The notes under the pieces were generated by a model that searched no databases, had not been told where the DNA came from, and worked only from the letters and a program-made list of their open reading frames with translations. A DNA stretch of 64,000 bases from Leptogorgia sarmentosa (lineage: Eukaryota): the NCBI GenBank assembly GCA_964658305.1, contig OZ210885.1, positions 24,056,001 through 24,120,000 of the forward strand. Direction: 5' to 3'. Both the position numbers and the translations under genes were made by a program. Shown here in pieces: positions 60,001-64,000 of this stretch (position 1 is the first letter of the stretch; every line of letters starts with the position of its first letter).

Positions 60001-62310
60001 GTTGCCATTTCCCTTACAACTGGCTTGTGAGGCATATAGTTCACATGTTTCCCAGTTGGCACCTCTGGAGCTCTTTCCACAACACCATTGTCTAGTTGGT
60101 CCTTGATTATCTTTTCGTAGTCCTCCTTCAGCTTCTCATCTCTCATCAACTTCTTACTTGTAACTTCTTGTCGACGTCTGCTTGCCTGTTCATTGGTACC
60201 AGATAATTCAGCTCCTGGTATCCATGGTATGCTGACCTCATACCTACCATCTTCTTGCTTTGTCACACTTTCTTTGAAGTCAGTTAGCACTTGTAGTTGG
60301 TCCTTGTCACCCAGATCTTCAACTCCAAGCACATCTAAGCTGTAAAGTTGCTCACACACAGTACTCTCTCTAATGTACATGGAATGGCCACTTGTGTACT
60401 TCTCCCCTCCATGAATGATCCAACCAAAAGTAGTTTCTTCCACAATTGGGTCTTCTTTGTTACCTTTCAGCACTCTCTCGGTCCTGATTTTGCTGTAGGT
60501 CTTGTCACCCAGAATGAGATGGATGGGATATTCATTTGAGGCCACCTTGTAAAACATCTTATCCTTGGCATGATCAAATTCTTGTTTCAATTCAGTGATG
60601 TCGGGTCTTTTCACTGTGGTGAAGTCAGGGACCTTTGAACCAGTAACTTCAATTTCTTCTTGGGCATTACCATCTATGGACTTTATTTTGACTTTATAAA
60701 CTGGCATGGATTGTTTAGCAGTTCCATTTACAGTTACAATTTCTCTCGTTTCATGGTACATAGGATTTAGGTTTAACTTCATTGCTGCTTCATGAGAAAT
60801 AAAGTTCCTGCCTGATCCAGTGTCTAGGAAGGCCCATAGGAATTCTCCATCAATTTCTACAGGAACAATTGCTGGTAAACATGGTTCCTCAACATAACTA
60901 CTGTAACCATTTATTATAGGTTTGGCTTCTGGTGGCTTTTCCGCAGACTCCTTTTCGCACAAACTGGTGTGATGTTTTGAACCACATTTGAAGCAGTTAC
61001 GACTGCGGCATTGGTTTCCTCTGTGCCCTGCTCTCCCACAGTTAAAGCACAGGTTTCGGTCAACAAAGAACTTCTTCCTGTCTCCAACAATTACAACAAC
61101 TTTACATTGATCACTCCGATGTTCCCCTTTACAATAAATACAATGTGGAGGTTGACTTTGCTTCTTCTCACCTTTCTGTGTAAACAAATGTCTCTCTTTC
61201 CTTTTCTCTCCATAGGGTTGTGAGGGCTGTGTGCTTTCTTCCACTTTGTTTCTCTTTAACCATGCTCTGAGATTTCTAATCAAATCCTCTAATTTCCAGT
61301 CTTCCCAGTTCTCATCTAGCCTCACTAGATCAGGTTTCACTTGAGGTAACTTATTTATGGTTGTCATAACAAGACCTTGTAACATTTCCCCATGTCCCAA
61401 TGTTTGTAAAGCATCATAGTTCTTGCTAAGCTTGTCATAAAATTCCTGTACTCTTTCATACTTTGATCCCCTTACAGCTGGCAGGTTTAAGATCTCATCT
61501 ACATGGGCGTTTATCACCACTTTGGTCTGGCCATACTCTTGTTTTAAACGGTCCCATGCCATTTTATACCCCATAGTACTAGGTTTGAGATTCGATATTT
61601 TGTCTCTTACCTTTGGCTCTACAGACTCCAGAAGGTATCCGAACTTTTCCTCATCCGATATTGGTCTACTGTCGATCTGCGTCAAAAACATATTTTCAAA
61701 ACGAACCCAATCCGCAGCTGACCCTTTGAACGGCGTAATCTTGAGCTGTGGCAGTTTGGCTAAGCTGTATTTTGCTGCCTTTTCCATCGCGATTTTCTTT
61801 TCAGTCATCTTTAATTCAGCGGCGAATTTTTCTTCCCACATCTCTCTTTCTCGTTGTCGCAGTTCGTGCAGCCGACGTTCTTCATTCTCACGTTGTAATT
61901 CTTGTTGTTGTCGTTCGGTTTCATTTTGCTTATTCGTTAAAGCGTTTGTTAACTTGTTCTTTTGCTCGAACCATGGCGCGTACCTCTCTTTTGTGTCCTT
62001 CTTCCATTGTCGTATTTGCTCGTTGTGATTGTGCTCCTTTGTCAATTTTCAGTTCCTCTGCATTCGCTATCAAGTTCGTAAGTTTTTCCAATATGGCGGT
62101 TGTCCTTTTGTTTGTTAATTTAAGCTCCTCGATATCGCCTTCTTGTAAAATCTCCGCTAATGGTTCGAGGTAGTACTTCAGCTTATCAATTTCCTTGTTG
62201 ATCTCCTCTTCGTATTGCTTTTCTCGATCTGTTTCCTCAGGCTGAGACATTGTTAGTTGTTGCATTCCTTCGATAAGTTGTTGTTGTTTTACCTTCGCTT
62301 GGGCCTTCAT
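57072..62310 (-). CDS. pol: BEL gag-pol polyprotein with one +1 frameshift near 62015
   Basis: 1657-aa ORF with three Cys-His knuckles, LDTGS, YVDN, HIFADAS, NLADLGSRG, integrase VDFAGP/SDNA/ERL; N-terminus lies in ORF 61930-62346. Start codon uncertain. Confidence 0.92.
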
Positions 62311-62335
62311 TGTCGGTTGAATTGCGTTGTGTTTT

Positions 62336-62353
62336 ATCCTGGTCACGGCACCA
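62336..62353 (-). promoter_or_regulatory. Primer binding site, tRNA-His type
   Basis: TGGTGCCGTGACCAGGAT, 3 nt after the 5' LTR; complementary to the invertebrate tRNA-His 3' end as recalled. Confidence 0.85.
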
Positions 62354-62356
62354 TTT

Positions 62357-62582
62357 TGTATACCGAACCACTGTTACTAATGGCATACAAAGTTATATAA
62401 AATGATGGTTTTAATATCAACATTGAAATATTACAATACGATAAATAAAATAAAACAAACACTTCTCTATCGCTTCTCGCACTTCGCCATGTTCGTGATA
62501 AGCTGCTCTTCTCTCGAGCCGTGCCCCTTTCTTTTATATCTTAACCGGGGGGTGTCGGCAGTAGGGTAGTAGGTACAGTACA
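62357..62582 (-). repeat. BEL 3 5' LTR (226 bp)
   Basis: TG..CA termini; flanked by CATCC. Confidence 0.95.
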
Positions 62583-64000
62583 CATCCACATTTAGCTTCT
62601 AGCTGCGCATGTGTGCTAGCACACAAAAACACTTCACATCATTACAAAAAAAAACTGTGTTACCTGTTTCTTCAAAATTCTCTTCTGTTGCTTCCACAAG
62701 ATCAACGTCACTACAGAAAAACCGTTATTAGCACTGTTTCTGTGCATTCACTTCCATACCACATTGCTGCTGGTGGTTTTGTAAGGGTTTTACTCCCTAT
62801 CTATGAGTTCATGGTCATGGTAACATGAAATGATGTAATATAGCCCATCAAAGATACAAGAATGGCACTAGTAAGTTTGTAACCAAAAATAGTTGCAAAA
62901 TTATTGATCTGGTTCCACCTTGAACATCTTCGAAATGTTCTACGCTAATTGCTGATTGGCCAATTCAGTGCCAGTGATCTACAGTGGTCACTGAGTGGCT
63001 GCAAGCTAACTTAACATATTTAACACAACAGTGATATTGCATTTGCAAAGTAGATACAAAAAACATGTTGAATCTTTTTTTACAAACATTATATTACCTG
63101 TTTTCATCAGTGGTGCGTTGTCCTGAGGTTGAACTCCCTCCTCGACAAACTTCATCGTGTGATTGTAACATGTCCATTGCAACTGATGCATGGCAATTTA
63201 CACATGCCACTTTTGGACTAGATGGAATCTAAAGCCAAGACATGTATCAATTTAGGAATTGTAAATATAGGGGCTCACAAAATTTACCATGTAACAGAGC
63301 ATACTGAGATGTATATCATACAAAAAAAGGTTTGCAAGTATGGTAACTGAAAATGAACAATTAAGAAATTGCAAACCTGAGTTTGACTTCGGCTCAAGAC
63401 TGCATTGTTGTCTATAACAATGTCTTTCTGATAAGGTCGTATGTAACCCTTTGCTGATGCTATGGTAGATTTCAGAAAAGACACTGTATATCCATATACC
63501 TGGAGGAATAGTGACGGTTAACAACTACCGATTACCACGTTCCCCAGTTTGCAAAATGTGGTAACCACCCACATCACTAAGCATAGGAAATCCTTCCAAG
63601 ATCTTCTTATGAACATGTTCACTGTTTCCTCCTTTTGTGAAGCAAATTGTTCTTTCATCCAATCCAGCAAGAGCCATGTTTATCTTTTTGAGGCAGATGG
63701 AACAGTTGTGGCATTCTTATTTGGTAAGCAAACGAAAGTTCTTGACCATGTATTACGGACTGGAATGGATACACGTTCTCCAGTTGATGTTGTAACCATT
63801 CTACGTTTTGAAGGAGGTTGTCTATTGCTGTTCCTGGTCACAGAAGGTGGTCGATAACCAAATAGATTTCTATGTTCTTCTATGGGACTTGGTGCATTTG
63901 TTGACCGATTTGCCTGCAGTTGTTGTTGTGAACTGTTTGACTCTGTCACTGAATTTGAAATGGCTTCTTCCGTAACTTCCCTACTAGCTTCTTGTCTGGA

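Larger units (their letters stand above)
56789..62582 (-). mobile_element. Young BEL/Pao LTR retrotransposon 3 in an intron of the HECT gene
   Basis: Matching LTRs, PBS, PPT AGGGGAGTG (57013-57021, minus strand), single gag-pol, TSD CATC(C). Confidence 0.96.
54360..64000 (-). pseudogene. Multi-exon G2E3-like HECT E3 ligase gene with C2HC (UBZ-like) finger and CUE-like domain, decayed
   Basis: Exons >64000-63377, 63228-63098, 62710-62664, 56288-56165, 56019-55418, 55164-54981, 54891-54700, 54451-~54360, all GT-AG; motifs CVNC..H..C, LKNIFP, GEEGVGSGPVREF, FKAIGRIIGHS, FWTA...P. Confidence 0.8.

Noticed and set aside
1..64000. Prokaryotic origin or operon-type system
   Set aside because: Spliceosomal introns, LINEs, LTR elements and eukaryotic 28S sequence are present; no bacterial genes were seen.

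Overview
AT-rich eukaryotic genomic DNA made almost entirely of nested transposable elements, with no intact host gene. The TE families suggest a marine invertebrate, probably an anthozoan cnidarian (inference). Contents: three BEL/Pao LTR elements (one near-intact), a young Gypsy element (tRNA-Leu PBS, -1 frameshift pseudoknot), three CR1/L2-group LINEs (one with a 2A-like peptide), an intact hAT with a 6-bp TSD, a Sola3 with long TIRs, CACTA and Ac-like relics and several MITEs. There is also an inverted pair of Penelope elements (hammerhead motif, captured 28S rRNA piece) and two tyrosine-recombinase retrotransposons. Best leads: (1) an IS3EU-type transposase gene facing a spliced UBZ-CUE-HECT ubiquitin-ligase gene, with a hidden paralogous exon near 4 kb, suggesting a mobile E3-ligase cargo; (2) a split-direct-repeat YR retrotransposon whose att-like junction has integrated into an att-like palindrome of another repeat, and which carries an 11-unit stem-loop array; (3) the Penelope palindrome with 28S capture inside MITE ends; (4) a 1.8-kb structured, G-rich insert flanked by a 54-bp duplication. 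All family calls come from motifs read by eye; no database searches were run.
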